Below are positions 1-13,244 of a stretch of 64,000 nt of DNA, one piece after another. Numbering within the stretch: position 1 is the first letter of the stretch; each line of letters begins with the position of its first letter. The notes beneath the pieces are model-generated. The model searched no databases. It was not told where the DNA came from and saw only the letters and a list, made by a program, of their open reading frames with translations. Where the stretch lies: assembly GCA_965287045.1 (NCBI GenBank), contig OZ336885.1, forward strand, positions 62,310,001 to 62,374,000, given 5' to 3'. The translations under genes and the position numbers were made by a program. This DNA is from Carcharhinus amblyrhynchos. Its lineage: Eukaryota.

Positions 1-1154
1 TTAAACCTTCTGCCACGTTGTAATGAATATACAAACCGGCAGTCATGGGATTAATATTTATTTCCCCCCTTCGCACACAGTTCCATGATTTTCATTATTG
101 ATATACTTTGATTCTCACAACAGTTTGAAACACCAATTATTTAAGGAATTGTACTTTTTATCAATAATGACATCATTCATGGGTCCCAAATGCACTGTTC
201 CATTGCGCTTCACCAGGCTCATCCTGCCCCATGTGCATGTATTGAGATTTATTTTTCACAGATTTTGCTGTCTTTGATCAAAAGACTCCAACGTGTTCTT
301 TCTTTTAATTGGTCGCCACTGTCGAAACGCAATGGCAGATAAAAGCAAAACTAAGGGGTAGCTCGATAAATACAGGACACTTACGGCGAAGTATACAATC
401 TCTGGGACACACATATTTATGTCCCCCCCTTCTTCCTGAATCCCCTTTTACTTATTAGGGTGGGTGTGTGCGCGCAGATAATAAAATCTGTCCTAAGTAT
501 TTTTATTTCACCATGCGGTTGCCAATACATTCTGAAGCAGAAGTGGCATTGGTCTGTTGGTGAGACGTTGATAATTAAAATGTGGCCGTCGAAGTGTGGG
601 AGTGAATCTGGGATCATTAACTCATCAACGAGGTGCTAGATCCAGTATTACTGAACTACATCTGGCGCTCGGGTATTTACCCTTTCACTACTGAACAACC
701 AACGAAGTGATAAAACCAAACATCTCGTCGATATAAATATGTTTACCTTCCGTAAATAAACTACACACGGAATGCTGAGAGATTTAAGTTGACGTCATCA
801 AATAAGGAGCTTAAAAGTGTATGCTATGTCGAACGCCTCAGGGAGTGAAGCGGTCGATTTTCAGATGCAAAAAAAAGTCTGAAATCCATGTTCCAGCTTA
901 GAAAGGAGTACAAAAGTGTCAAGCGAACACCATCTCGAAGTAATACAATCATGTATTCCCGTCTCACAGTGAACACGCTTTCTAACATTGGCTCCCCCAA
1001 CCATTCCCATGCAGATGCAAAAACTTGGGTTTCAAACTGCTCCTTTACTTTAAACACACACACCAAGCGATAGTCAGTAGATGCACCACTCCGCAACAAT
1101 CCAATTGACCATGCACATCACCAGAGAAAACCAAACGGTAATTCGATCAGGGAA

Positions 1155-1460
1155 GAAGTGACACAGTGGTATTTTCACAATACTAGAATCCAGACTCCCA
1201 AGATTAAGCCTTGGAAACTGTGTTCAATCCCCGGATGGCAGGTGGTAAAAATATAATTCAACAAATCATGTGTATTTAAAATCTAATAATGAACATAAAA
1301 TCATTGCCGATTGGCCCCCACCCCCACGCACCCACACGCACACATACAAAAAAAAAGCTGCTTCAATACACAAGTGAATTTGGCATTGATATCCAGTCTC
1401 GCCCGATGTGACTCCTGATCCGTAAAAAGACAGTTCAATATCAAGTGCCTACGGAAATGA
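1155..1460 (+). mobile_element. Degraded tRNA-headed shark SINE
   Basis: A-box-like GTGACACAGTGGTA, B-box-like GTGTTCAATCCC and body motifs (GGCAGGTGGT, ATGTGACTCC) resembling a common chondrichthyan SINE; second copy at 17005-17330. Confidence 0.6.
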
Positions 1461-2767
1461 AGAGCAAACACGAATGAACACTTAATGCTGTGCTCAGCCC
1501 ACAACGCCAACATTCGACAAAATAGCACTGCGGCCCCGATGATATTCCTAACGATGATATCACTCAGCATCCCATCCCTTCCATCGAAATAACTCTAAGC
1601 TTCTCGCTTTCCAAATATGCCACGTAAAAACCCACTGCCCTGAATGCACGAACACTACCGATCCCGCAGTCCGATTATGTGATCCACCTCACGAGAAGTG
1701 AATGACTCTAGCAGCCTTATGGATGTGCTCCAACCCCCAAACTACACAGCCCAAACAGGCGCGAGAAACTCTTTCGCACCCAAACACTTGTCAGAGCCAA
1801 CACCCGTCAAACTGAAGACTTCAAGGAACGATTACCATCGAAATAGCCCACCCAATGTCGCACCACATGATCAGATCTGCCCCCATACCCGCCACGTTGA
1901 CCGCATTCATGCCACAAATTTATTCGTGCCGGCCCTTCCTCAAATATATACTCCGAATCCTGTTGATCTCCAATCTATTGCACATCCCAACATAGCTGGC
2001 AACCTTTCCCCTCCCGCTTGTCGACCAGATACGAGAGGGGAGCAATATAACTTGACTCCGTTAGCCGCCCCTTGCAAGAGCATGTTCGGACCCACATTCA
2101 CATCGTCCATTCATGTATCTCAGAATTGTACATTCTGACTTTGAATGGGACCCTTAAACTGATTTCCTCAATGACACACTCAATGCTGTGGAAACGCGGC
2201 ATGCTGGAACTTAATCCGCTCATTTTGCACTTTGGTGCATTGGCCCACAAATAACACTTCTTCTGTAGTCTCACCCTGTATGACTGAATCATTTCCACAA
2301 AACAGCTTCTGCCCATTTTGAGCAAGGCGAAATTGCATTTTTGGAGATAAAATACACTGCTGATCACCATGACAAGGAAGTTGTGGGAATATTGTTTAAA
2401 ACTATTTGCGCTTTTTCATAACCCCACATCTTTTTTGAAGTCATCTGTCAGCGATAACTATGCATCTGGTGGATGCCCACATGCTATGTTGACATTAGAC
2501 AGCGCGAGTCAGCCACATATAGGGAAAATTATCTCTTCAGTAGTTCAGCTGCGTTTTTTTTTGAATCGCGAGCTAAAATTGTCGCATGCCTTATGAAAGG
2601 ACTCTGCTGCAAATTATGTTAATAGTACATGTCTTCTAACCCTTTACGAATTTGTCCACCTTTTTCGGGTCTCCTCTTAATCCACATCGCTGGAAAACAT
2701 TGTCAATATTTCCACATTATTTTCGGAAATACATGCATAACCCTACGATTTTTGCTATGACGTGCAG

Positions 2768-2831
2768 GTCAAATCCATCCCGCGTTTCATAAGTTAATAC
2801 TATGCACCCCTGTTTACATTCCAAAAATCTG
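2768..2831 (+). pseudogene. Candidate leader-like pseudo-exon upstream of V-like exon
   Basis: Ends at TG|gtaagg (gtaagt in copy 2 at 18689); translates HPAFHKLILCTPVYIPK; no in-frame ATG retained. Confidence 0.35.
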
Positions 2832-2873
2832 GTAAGGAATTGGTGCAAATTATCAGTTTCTCATCCCTTCAAA

Positions 2874-2908
2874 TGTGTGTGCGTGTGTGTGTGTGCCCGT
2901 GTGTGTGT
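2874..2908. repeat. (TG)n imperfect microsatellite
   Basis: Direct reading. Confidence 0.85.
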
Positions 2909-3093
2909 TTGACTGTGCATGTGTGCGAATTTAGCCATTTGTTGCAGTTTTCTAGGATCGTAAGAGATACATTGAGCATGATATAATTTATACTTGGGGA
3001 ATGCTGTGCCAAAAAAATGCAATTCACACTCCTGAAACTCACTCAATGTTTTCTCTTCTGCCATATGCCTGTCACTTTGATTACTCATTCTGG

Positions 3094-3468
3094 AGCTCCA
3101 GAAGTCTGTTTCGATTCTCCAGAATTCTCCGCTTGTGGTTTCTTTCAGCAGGCGGTTCTGCGCAGGCAGTGGAAGTATCCCCTGCCTGCTTCAACGATGG
3201 CACTAAATTCAATCAGCCGATTAACTAAGCGATTAGTACAATAGTGACTGGTGGCAACATAATTGAGTTTTTCTCGTCATTTAACTGCTGAAAAAAAGAT
3301 CTGCTGAAATATTAGTGTTAAAGTGATAACATTCTGTGCCCTTTGCCTACTCATCTTCGCAGTAATACAGAAAGCAGACTTAGGACAGGCACTTTATCCG
3401 CTGATGTTTAGGAGGAAACGCGATTTGGATGGCAGTGGAGGAGATGGAGAAACTTGAAAATTACACTG
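3094..3468 (+). pseudogene. Decayed Ig V(J)-type exon (copy 1)
   Basis: Motifs in expected order across frames: ILQNSPLVVS, GSIPC, DWWQH, LLIFAVIQKADLG, DGSGGDGET. The span is 375 nt, ending at G|gt, with several stops and frameshifts. Confidence 0.5.
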
Positions 3469-4097
3469 GTTACGGAGTTGAAATAAATATTACTGTCGCA
3501 TGGTTGATTGTCATGCTAGAAATCTGGTAACAACCGTACAATTATGTCAATCTGCAGAATCCACTGAGACAATAACGATCATCTGTTGTTTTATAGAAAA
3601 ACAATCAATGACTTAGTTCGTGGAATGACAGGAAAACACGAAGGGATTTTTTTTGCGGTGTATGAGTTTCCAGTTACGCCATATTCTCCACACGACCAAC
3701 AACATTGGTAGGTTGGAATGTGCTTCCCATAGCTAAAGAGCAAAATGTTGAAAGCAAATGTACAATTCAGTAAGGAGAACTAGAAAATATGGATGAAAAC
3801 ATCTCAGGGGGTTGCAGGGTTTCTGTGGAAATCTACAAACAACAAATTTAATTTAGTCAATGACTTTGTACAATTTGCCGAGCTATTTGTTTCTCCATTC
3901 GAAAGCAATTGATACATGAAAATTAAAGCATGTTAGGGGCATACGCACGAATGGAACTGATACGGTGCCCCTATCATGCAATTAATTTACTTCATTCCAA
4001 CAAACCGAAATATCTCTAAAGAGGATGGTAAATCATTCATCCTGAATATGTTTCCTTTCAATAACGAGTTAACTTCGGGACATTTTCTTTCTGGTAG

Positions 4098-4404
4098 CCT
4101 CTGGTGAGAAAGGCACCCTTCAACTGGGAGAACCACATTGGTCTGGCCGTTAAAGTTTTGTCAGTGAAACGAAGTAACAAGAATGCTAACGACAGAAATT
4201 TGAAGTCACCTTTGTAATTCTATTGCTTAACTTTCGAGCCGTCTAACAAAATGGGTAAGTGTTCGGCATTCACTCTTGTTAACAAAAGAATTCTTCTCTG
4301 CAGCTGAAATTTCAGAACGTTAATATATTTTGTTATCAGCGAGATTTGTTTTTGCTTTACAGAGAGAAATTTGATGGGAACTGGCCCTGCAAAGCAACTT
4401 TCAG
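4098..4404 (+). pseudogene. Two further pseudo-exons (4098-4254; 4363-4404)
   Basis: Pyrimidine-AG acceptors and G|gtaagt / G|gtaaga donors. The 42-nt exon reads ERNLMGTGPAKQLS. Copy 1 lacks 35 nt of the larger exon relative to copy 2. Confidence 0.5.
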
Positions 4405-5009
4405 GTAAGAATCGTTCATCTGGGCTTGTGGTTCAGGAACTGAATGATGTTACTCACGTAAGAGTTGAGACGGAATAGGGTATATAGAACGCAGGAGCCA
4501 TCTGTGGACACATTATTGCAACTTATGACAAATTTCTTGCAGGACCTCACATAAAGCACGCCAAATTCAATGTGTGAAGCGGACTGAAGATTGAAGAACA
4601 ACCGCTTTGTGCTGGTATTCATACTGAAGTTTCGGGTATAATATATACGCCTAATATATACATACATATGTATTATATGTATAATCTTTATATATATGTA
4701 TGTATATATGTGTTAATACGTCTGGAAACAGCGTTTGATGCGATCATCAGCATGTGGAAATCAAATGATTCAGGAGAGAAACCATATTCGTCTTTTTTCT
4801 TTAACTTCCCTGAGCTTACAATTCAATTGAATCTTTGAGGAATGACAGTAGTTTATATACATACAGAACAGCTTAAGAGGTAATTAGCAATAGCCAAATA
4901 AATTGTGTAACAAAATTTAACATGATTCTTGCATTTTGCAGCAAATGGTGAAAGTGAGAACGCTAAAAAAAACTGGCAACATCCACTAAAATTGTGGAAA
5001 AAAGTAACA

Positions 5010-5780
5010 GAATTTAAGATAGGAAATTTAGCGTAACGATGAGCGAGAATGAGCGTAGAAGCTTGTCCGCCATTCAACACGACAGTGGCTTCACATCTTT
5101 TGGCCTCTGCACGACATGTCTTCTCTTTCAAAATTACACTTCAACCAATTACGAATTAAATATTTGTCTATCTCCTCCTGACATTTACTGACTGTCCCGA
5201 CATCCAACTGACATTTGAGGTATTGAAATGAAGAGTTGCATGCGGATTGAATGAATTATTTTCACACGATCATTTTTCTTTTCTTTTAAGCTTTCTAGAG
5301 CTTATCCTGAAACTGCGCCATCTTTTCCGAGATTGATAGCATTCTTTCAAGAGGACAAATCCTCTCTGCATAAACTCTCGAATACATTTTAGAATTTGAT
5401 AGATCCCGATCATGTTATCTCTCACTTCTAAACTGGAGGGATACAAGGCTCAAACTATCGCTCATAAACACTTCAGCCATCTCTGAAATTCATTCTGGTG
5501 AGCCTTCTTTGAAATGCATCCAATACAATTACATAATAGCAAGTACTATCACAAAAAATGCGCACAGTTCTCCACGCGCGCTGTCAGTAAATTTAGCTTT
5601 TTTCTCTGCAAAACTCCAATACTTTCTTCCGACGTCACTTAAGCATCGAATGCCAAAATTCAATTTTCCTTCCTCATTAACTGGGAAATGTAGATGCACG
5701 TTTGCTGCATATAAAGGAGTGCAGTTGTCAGATAACCACCATTTCACAAAAGCTGAGCCCCAACTCTCACATACTTGATT
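5010..5780 (-). mobile_element. Old CR1-type LINE, 3' part (interrupted by Penelope element)
   Basis: Degenerate CR1 3' tail (CGCCATTCAA..A..A.TGGCT) and RT C-terminal remnant in ORF 5529-5786; continues at ~8570. Confidence 0.75.
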
Positions 5781-5789
5781 TTGCATTCC

Positions 5790-7417
5790 CCTGGACCATG
5801 ATCACACCACTGAACATCAAGCTATTATCTCCATCACCGTGAGCAACCTCACTTCCTCTGGTTGCCCTCCCCCCACAGCGTTCAACCTCACATTCTCTCA
5901 CTCCTAGACTGCCTGTTCCTACGTACTTCCGAAAATCCAGAAAACAGTACTGTTCCGGTAGACCATCTGTGCCAGCATGTTCCTCCCCACCAAACTAATT
6001 TCCCCTTGTCTTGGATGCATCTCCACTCCAGTGGTCCATTTCCTCCCCACCTACATCTCGGATTGCTCGGATGCTGTGAATCACATTGACAGCTTCCAGT
6101 GTGCAGGCCCTAAGCGCCTCCTATTCACCACGATGTGCAATCATTCTACACTTCCATCCCACACCACGAAGACCTGAGGTTTTTCCGCTTCTTTTCTTTT
6201 GAAAAAAAAACAGCCTGACCAATTCCCATCCGAAACCAGTCTCCTCCACCTGGCCTAACTCATTTTTCTATGAAGAAGTATTCCTGTAACGGATCCCTCT
6301 TGGTCCAAATCAAAGGTGAATCAATACAGACCCGCTAAGTCCTAGTTACGTTTGTCTTTTTTTTCTAACGGGGTGTGGAAAACATTGCTTGTTTCAGGCC
6401 TCCGTTCCCACAATTCCTTTCACAGTGCATCAATTAGTATGTTGGTGCTGATTCATGCTCTTATCCGTACGTGGTGAGGGGGCGGGGGGTGGGGGGGGGG
6501 GTTGGCGGTGGTAGACGGTGGCGGGAATCAAGTTTGCTTCCAGTTTCCACCCATCTAGCACCTTCACTTCGCTCATGTTAAATAGTTGCCTACCTTCCTT
6601 CACATTTTTGCCTCCATTTCTGCCAACGCTCTTTCTACCAATACTCATTAAAAGCCGAATCACACGCGGAGATTTCTGGACCACAATCATTGCATCCTTT
6701 ATCCTTTGAATACTCCTTAACCCTTTCCCTCAGCTCCTTTGCATTTGTCGCATTTGTCTCGCCGATGTCAATTTCCAAAGTCTTGCATCTGATATATGCT
6801 CCTTCCGCAACCATGGTTTCCCACTACAGTGGTCGATTGGATTCTCAACAGCAGGCGATCCATTTCCTGCACTCCGACCCTCAACCCTTACCCTGCCTCC
6901 AAATACAACGATAAAGAACAAAGAACAAAAACAGCCCGGGAAACAGGTCCTTCGGCCCAGTGAGCCCGCGCCGCCATTTTAACATTACCAGTCCCCCCAC
7001 CCCTCCCCCCCCCACCCCCGCACCCCACGTCCCCATGACCCTTATCTATTGTTTTACGACATTCCACATTGAGGGAAACTAACTCAGGGACAATTTATTA
7101 CTTCCAATCAGCCTAATAGCACGTATTTGGGATGTGGGAGGGAACCGGAGCACCCGGAGAAAACCCTCGCAAGCACAGGGAGAATGCGCAAACTCCCACA
7201 GACACTGGCCCAAATCCATGTGTCTGCACAGCAAACAGTGATAGTCACTGAGCTGTCGTGTTGCCCAGCAGCTGGTCCAGTTTAAGCACACCCTAACGAC
7301 ATGAAGCACTGGGCCACTCTGGAACATTCAAGAGCAGCCCAAGTACGACCCATCGCGTGTATGCCTCTCGTTGGACAACAAGGCGGACCGACTTTAAACC
7401 TGTGTAGACAAAAGAGA

Positions 7418-7462
<45 letters not shown>

Positions 7463-8560
7463 ATATAAGAATATATAAAGTCCCCATTGTTCTCGCATTT
7501 CACCCAACCAATTGCTGCATGCAAAGGATAATCCTTCACCATTTTTGCCTCAACTGGTGTGATGCCACCGTCAAACGCGACTTCACTTCACTCCCTCTAT
7601 CAGATTTCCACAGAGATTGTTCTATCCAAAATACCCTAATTCAGTCCTCCACGGGAGATAACAACTCTCCCATTACCCATGGTATTTTCTCATTGAATCA
7701 CAAAAGCTACAATGCCTGCCGCTTTACCTCTTCAGTACTTATCATTCAAGTTTCAGACGACTCATTCAAGTTTCACCATGGCTTGCATCTCATTCAAATT
7801 GGCCTATTGCATTCACTGCTTCTCATTTTGTCTCCTCCATATTGGAGAAACTTAACGTCGACACGGTGATCACTTCTCTGAGCAATTTGGTCTCTGCACA
7901 ATCATGACTCTGACTTCACATTTTCACACGGAATCTTCCTCCCATGCCCACATATCTGTCCTTGGTCTGCTGCAATGTTGATGTGAAGCTCAACACATTC
8001 GGTGGAAAAAATAAAAAAAAAACAGCTCACACCATCCAGCTCGGCACATTACAACTTTCAACACCTTCTGATGATTGGCTTCACCCCATCTCGAACCCAT
8101 TCTTTTTTTATATATTTTAACGGTTCCTTACTTTTCCTACATTATTCCCATTCTTTACTTTCTTCCAGCTACAATTTCTTCCCCCGCTCCCTTGTCCCCA
8201 CTTCCCGTATAATTTCTCCCCTTTTGCTTCCTTTTCACCATTTTTCTCAACTTTACACCCTCCACTCCATAAATCATCATTTGCCACACCTGACTCTCTG
8301 ATTTCAACTTTTTTTTTTCCGTTTGGTCAACCACATCTTCTAATTTACCATGGGCTTTCATTAGCAATCTTTCCTCCTTTTTTGTGCCTATGATTCTTTT
8401 TTTATACATATTTCGTCACCCTGCAGTATAAACAACTCCCATTTTGTATGCATGTTACCTTTGACTCGGGACCTGGACTCCAAACGACTGTTTTTTTTTC
8501 TCTCCTTGCAGGTGCTGCCAGGCTTGCTGAGATTTTCCACTTTTTTTTTTCTTTTGGTTA
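5790..8560 (+). mobile_element. Penelope-like element (degraded RT + GIY-YIG)
   Basis: Remnants of PKIHK-PGRPIVSACS and FQ.AGPKRLLFT; GIY-YIG remnant AYCIHC..CLLHIGET*RRHGDHFSE at ~7800-7885; typical shark PLE terminus near 8460-8540. Confidence 0.85.
6911..7480 (-). mobile_element. HE1-like SINE plus extra sequence and (TA)n, present only in duplication copy 1
   Basis: Core GGAACCGGAGCACCCGGAGAAAACCC...GCAAACTCCCACAGAC and (AAGAAC) tail; flanked by ATAAAG at 6911-6916 and 7475-7480; empty site in copy 2 at ~22780. Confidence 0.85.
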
Positions 8561-8569
8561 CAAGTTTGT

Positions 8570-9592
8570 TGCAAATTATACACGAGCATAACCAAAATAC
8601 CTGCAGCCGAACGCCCTGAAGTTTCTTTCGGTTTACAATTCAACTGCCTTTCCATTGTAATTTTCTGACCAAAATCGATAAATTCATATGCCTCAATTTT
8701 CAATTCCATGCGTCTAATTTTGGCCCATCCAGCAACACTCTTAAATCCAAAATGCAACTTTGTTTTATAATTTCAATTCCCTATTTCGTTTCTGTCATCT
8801 ACAAATTAGCTGTGCTATCTTACATCCTGGGCTCCTTGTCAGTCATACGCAGCATAATTATTTGGGAGAACTAATACGATGACCTCTCACGTGTTCCCCG
8901 TTGCCAAACGGGAAGAAAAAAAATGACCAAGATATCCCAACTTCCTGTGTTCTGTTTTTTTACAAGCTAATAGGTTATTCCTAACTCCACGTGATCTTAT
9001 CATGTGAATTAAGTTTTAGTGTGGCACCGAGTTACATGTCTTCAGAAAGTCCTTTCTACACCCAAAATCCATACTATTCACTTGGCTTGCAACATTTGTT
9101 GATGATTCGAGGAAATTTGTGGATCATAACTTATCATTTATATATCGCTTATCATGCTAATGAATTCCGTTTTCAAATTCAACGTGTCATGTTATTAATT
9201 CTTTCTTTTTTCCTCTAATAAATTGCCAAATGCAGATGCTAAACTGCTTACTCGAAAATATTCTACTTTACGTCAACCTCGCTCCTTCACAAAGAAAAAT
9301 ATTTGAGCAGTTATTTCCAGGTCACTGGAGCATTTCCCGAAATCAGAAAGTTTTGGAATAGTAAAACTAAGGAATCCAGCATGTCTGGAAAGTCTTCATC
9401 TAAGATGTAAGATTTAGGCAACCAGTTCTGTGAACTTGTTTGCTTTAATTCTCAACAGATCGGTCAGTGCAGATTTTTAAGCATATGATAATAATTGTTC
9501 TTATGTCCTTCATTTCTGTTACCAGTTTGCGTTAGTCTGGACCTGAACTGTGAAAACTCAGGCAAATTACTGATATTAATGTTGTCCATCAA
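8570..9592 (-). mobile_element. Old CR1-type LINE, RT region (continuation of 5010-5780)
   Basis: Degenerate RT sequence; minus-strand remnant YQ*FA*VFTV matching the CR1 N.YFASVFT motif at ~9545-9575. Confidence 0.7.
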
Positions 9593-9608
9593 ACATTTGC
9601 AGCTATCA

Positions 9609-9900
9609 GAAAATGTTAAAATGCAGCAAAGCATGACCGACGTTTCCCTGAAGAACCAAATTTTGGAAATAACGTCATCTGGTCTGAGTGAACAACATGC
9701 GCTGGAACGCATTTCCCCTGTTTACTGCCATGATTGCTGAAGGCAAATTCACGGATCATCGAGGGTCTGACAGCTGGAAAGATGGAAATGGATTAATACA
9801 AAAATTGGAAGCAGATAGAAATTGGAGGTGCCAATAAGATAAACAAGAGGATATCGATGAAACAATTCTAAAGCAGTGTAGTGGTACTAAATATGTAGGG
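9609..9900 (+). pseudogene. Possible decayed Ig-type exon with WxC motif
   Basis: tatcag|AA AAT GTT AAA ATG CAG CAA AGC (NVKMQQS); later WKDGNGLIQKLEADRNWRC...CSGTKYV; copy at ~24879-25150. Confidence 0.3.
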
Positions 9901-10004
9901 ACCTGGTGCCCAATCCTTCCGCAATCTTTTGCAATAGCCTATGATTAAGACAAGAACACTAATGTGGAAATCTCAATTTGAGCCCTGCATTGAAATTTTC
10001 AACT

Positions 10005-10630
10005 CCAGAATGTCATGATCATTCGCCCTTCGGTAACGTTTCCCTATAATGTCATGAATTGATCCCTCCTCATTATACGATACCAAAGCTAGAGCAGTTC
10101 GTTCCGAGGTTCATTTTCACTCAGAACCAATCCTCAATGCATTCAATGTACTTACATCAAAACTGTCATTCATAGCTGTTTAACTAATCTGACCACATTT
10201 TAAAATCAGCCATAATTATTGGCCTACCTTTCCTCCAAATCCCTAACAATTCCTAATCTATGACCTGCACCGCTACAGATATTATTTTTTCCAGCTTAAT
10301 ATCTTTCTACCATCAGGAATGTATCATTTTTTTTGCGACTGAAATTATACTGTATATTTTCGAAGAGCATTTAAGATATGTGTTGAACAGGATTTGATGT
10401 AGTAGCCGGATGCACTCTGATTCTTTCTGTCGACCAGCACCCATCTCTTTCTTCATTGTAGCATCACAATTTCTCCAACTCTCTCGAATGCCAACATTGA
10501 TCTGAACTAAAGTTGTACTGCTCTTTTCCACTGAGCTATTGTCCTGCAAGGCTTGATGATATTATTTGCATTTCCAGCAATGTGACGTGGAAGTTGGGTT
10601 GACAGAGAATACTCAAGCACAAATTATGCA
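10005..10630 (-). mobile_element. Old CR1 endonuclease-region fragment
   Basis: Degenerate match to the CR1 APE region (ATGATCA...CTCATTA.AC.ATACCA). Confidence 0.55.
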
Positions 10631-11439
10631 TTTCCAGTTGAGAAAAGCTGCGCTTCCTGCACACCACCCCCCCCCCCCCACCCCGCCCCACCATCCCCCC
10701 ATCCGCCGTCCCTCTGAAGTTTCTCATTGCAGTGTGTTAGGGAATCAGTGTATTCCTTTGAAATTCTGTTCTATGACTGTGGATTTTTCTCCGAGAGTTT
10801 CTGTTTTCAAAATTTCTCCGTCCAGCAGTAATAAAAAAAAAACTGATTATACAGCATCAAAGTCAACACATATTTTCATATGCAAACTTGTTCCAGAGTT
10901 ACGACCATGTATATGGACCGCTGGACAAAGGATCAACAAAGATTGCAAGTTACTAAGGATTATACATTGCAAGGTCAAAACTTAATTGATTTGTAACGTT
11001 AAAGTTTTTTTAATATATTGTATATGTGTTCTAAGTTATATATAAGAGGCCAAGTGAAACACGTTCTTTGCTCATCTTCGGATAAAAATCAAATGCAGAG
11101 TTTGATGACTGTTTCAAAAGTACAACAGTGTGTCTGTTATGCATCTTAACACTTCCAAAGCTATTCAGCATCTTGCTCTCCGGTATTTTTTTTATAACTT
11201 TTCAACACAACATTGCTCTCTTTAATCCTTACCAAAGCAGCACCGCCTCGAATTGATTTGAGGTACACAACTCCTCTGGATATATCAAGATCAAACCTCG
11301 TTTTCCGGCAATTGCCTCTCAGTGAAGATCTACGAAACAATCCATGTGCCTCCTTTTATTGTGTTAACTGACTTATTTTTATTCCCTAACGCGTCCAAAA
11401 TTCTGGTCCAGAGCCTTTACACTTCATGGAATGCCATAA

Positions 11440-11545
11440 GCATAGATAAGGGTCATGGGTGGAGTGGGGGGCTAGTAATGATATAATGGCGGCGCGAGCT
11501 CGTTGCGCAGAAGGCCTGTTTCCCGCGCTGTTCTTTGTTCTTTAA
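11440..11545 (+). mobile_element. HE1/CR1-type 3' tail fragment
   Basis: GAAGGCCTGTTTCCCGCGCTGTTCTTTGTTCTTT tail. Confidence 0.6.
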
Positions 11546-11729
11546 TGATCATAACTCATTCCACTTGACTGATTTACTGATGTGAAACAATGTTTACATC
11601 TTCTGTCATTTCATTTTATTTATTGCAAATAATGAGACGAACCACTGACATTCAGTTCTACCCTCCCCAGAAAGGTTATTCTTCTTATTGTGACATGCAA
11701 CTTTACTTCACCCTGACGCGCTGAATACG

Positions 11730-11730
<1 letters not shown>

Positions 11731-11766
<36 letters not shown>

Positions 11767-11779
11767 TACACACACACAC
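11731..11779. repeat. (CA)n microsatellite
   Basis: Direct reading. Confidence 0.95.
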
Positions 11780-12149
11780 TAGTAAAAAAAAACTCATCAT
11801 CAGAGTTCTGCGATTTACCTGGACACTTGGGCCAACATGATTCATTTAGAATGCACCTGAAGGAAATGTTCCGTTGCTCATTTGTCAATAAATAGAACGC
11901 ATTCCCTATACGCAAACGTTTGAGCCACACATTTGCCTCTATATACTTGTTGACACATAGCACTTATCTCGTGGCTCATGTCAATTATCTCGTCGTTCAC
12001 ACATTATTATCATTTCTGTTCCGTTACTTAATTTGGTTCCTGGCTGCTCGCATTCCTTCAGTATAACAACCTGAGGTATAGACTCGATACACTTTGGCCC
12101 TGAGAGAGATTCTGTTCATATTGTCGGGCCGCTGCAAGTGTTCAGAACA

Positions 12150-12660
12150 TCCAAGATGATGCTCAGAGAACTGAATAGTGATTAAAATATGGAGTGCTGC
12201 CTGACGGAGTGAGAGTGTTTTTGGAGTGTGAGTGGGACTTTTTTTCTCTCTCTGGAGCATAGGGGGCTCTTACAGAGTGCCAGAATATAACGAAGGGGAG
12301 GATCAGCAAGATCGTCTGTATCTTTGTCCAACGCTTGTGGAGTCTAAAACAAGTGGGCGTAGGTTTAGGGTGAGAAGGGAGAAAAGCATAAGTGTCCAGA
12401 GGGACATTTCGTTAGTCAGAGGGTGGTAAATGCCTGGAGCCAGCTGTCACAGGTAGTGGTAGGACGGGTACAATTTTGTCCTTTAAAAAACATTCAGAAA
12501 GTTGCATGGGTAAGATGCGTATTCAGGGATAAGATTCAAATCCGGGCAACTGGGATTAGTTTAGGGGTTAAAAAAGCCGACATGGACAACTTTGGCCGAA
12601 GGGCCTGTTTCCATTTAGTAAACGTTTATGACACTATGAATCTATGACAGAATCCTATGA
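12150..12660 (+). mobile_element. CR1 LINE 3' fragment
   Basis: ESKTSGRRFRVR and QRVVNAWSQL remnants; tail GGCCGAAGGGCCTGTTTCC...CTATGA repeats. Confidence 0.8.
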
Positions 12661-13244
12661 CATGTGTTTCAGAGCTGGAAAAGTTCAATGAAGAGATAAA
12701 ATCAGCGGGTACGTAGTCAATAATGATTGCATGCCTCGTTACAAGGAAATCGATACGCTCTTTTCATTTTTCAACGAACTTTAAGTGATTATTACTAAGA
12801 AGTGAAGCAATTGTTTCGTAAGAATTAAGCTCTACCATCAGAATCTGTCCAGTGTTAAACGCATACGTTCGTGTTTAGATTCAGTTATTGTATTCAAAAC
12901 AAATTCTGAGTTAGACAGTGCATTGCTTGTAACAATAAGAACAGCTCATTCTGAAGCACAGTAAACCTACATGATTTTATCCAGCTGATTGGCAGAGTCT
13001 GCGTGAATGACGCACTCAATGCAACAGACAGCGGAGGAGGCATTTCAAGAGGAATGTGAAGGAGGCCCGACCTATGAAAGTGAAGCACAGCATGATGATG
13101 GTAACGAATGTGCTATTGAGCAGATAACCGTTCTGTATGTTGAAGTGCATGGCCTGATTATTTTAAATTTCTGGGCGAGTGCCTTGTCGAACAGCTGAAT
13201 AGAAGTGATCAATCTGCAGTCAACAATATGCAGAATCTGTGATA

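Larger units (their letters stand above)
821..11177 (+). repeat. Segmental duplication, copy 1 (partner 16672-26381)
   Basis: Colinear similarity from ATGCTATGTCGA.CGCCTCAG (821 / 16672) to CTATTC.GCATCTTGC (11177 / 26381), with shared TE fragments and many substitutions and small indels. Confidence 0.95.

Noticed and set aside
260-680. Minus-strand TM-like stretch (EIVYFAVSVLYLSSYPLVLLLSAIAF) and plus-strand C1-like EVALVC..VEVW
   Set aside because: These are mutually incompatible short motifs at the window edge, with stops and no convincing splice context.
2098-2740. Possible hAT-like transposase remnant on the minus strand
   Set aside because: No catalytic motif or TIR found; the resemblance is too vague.
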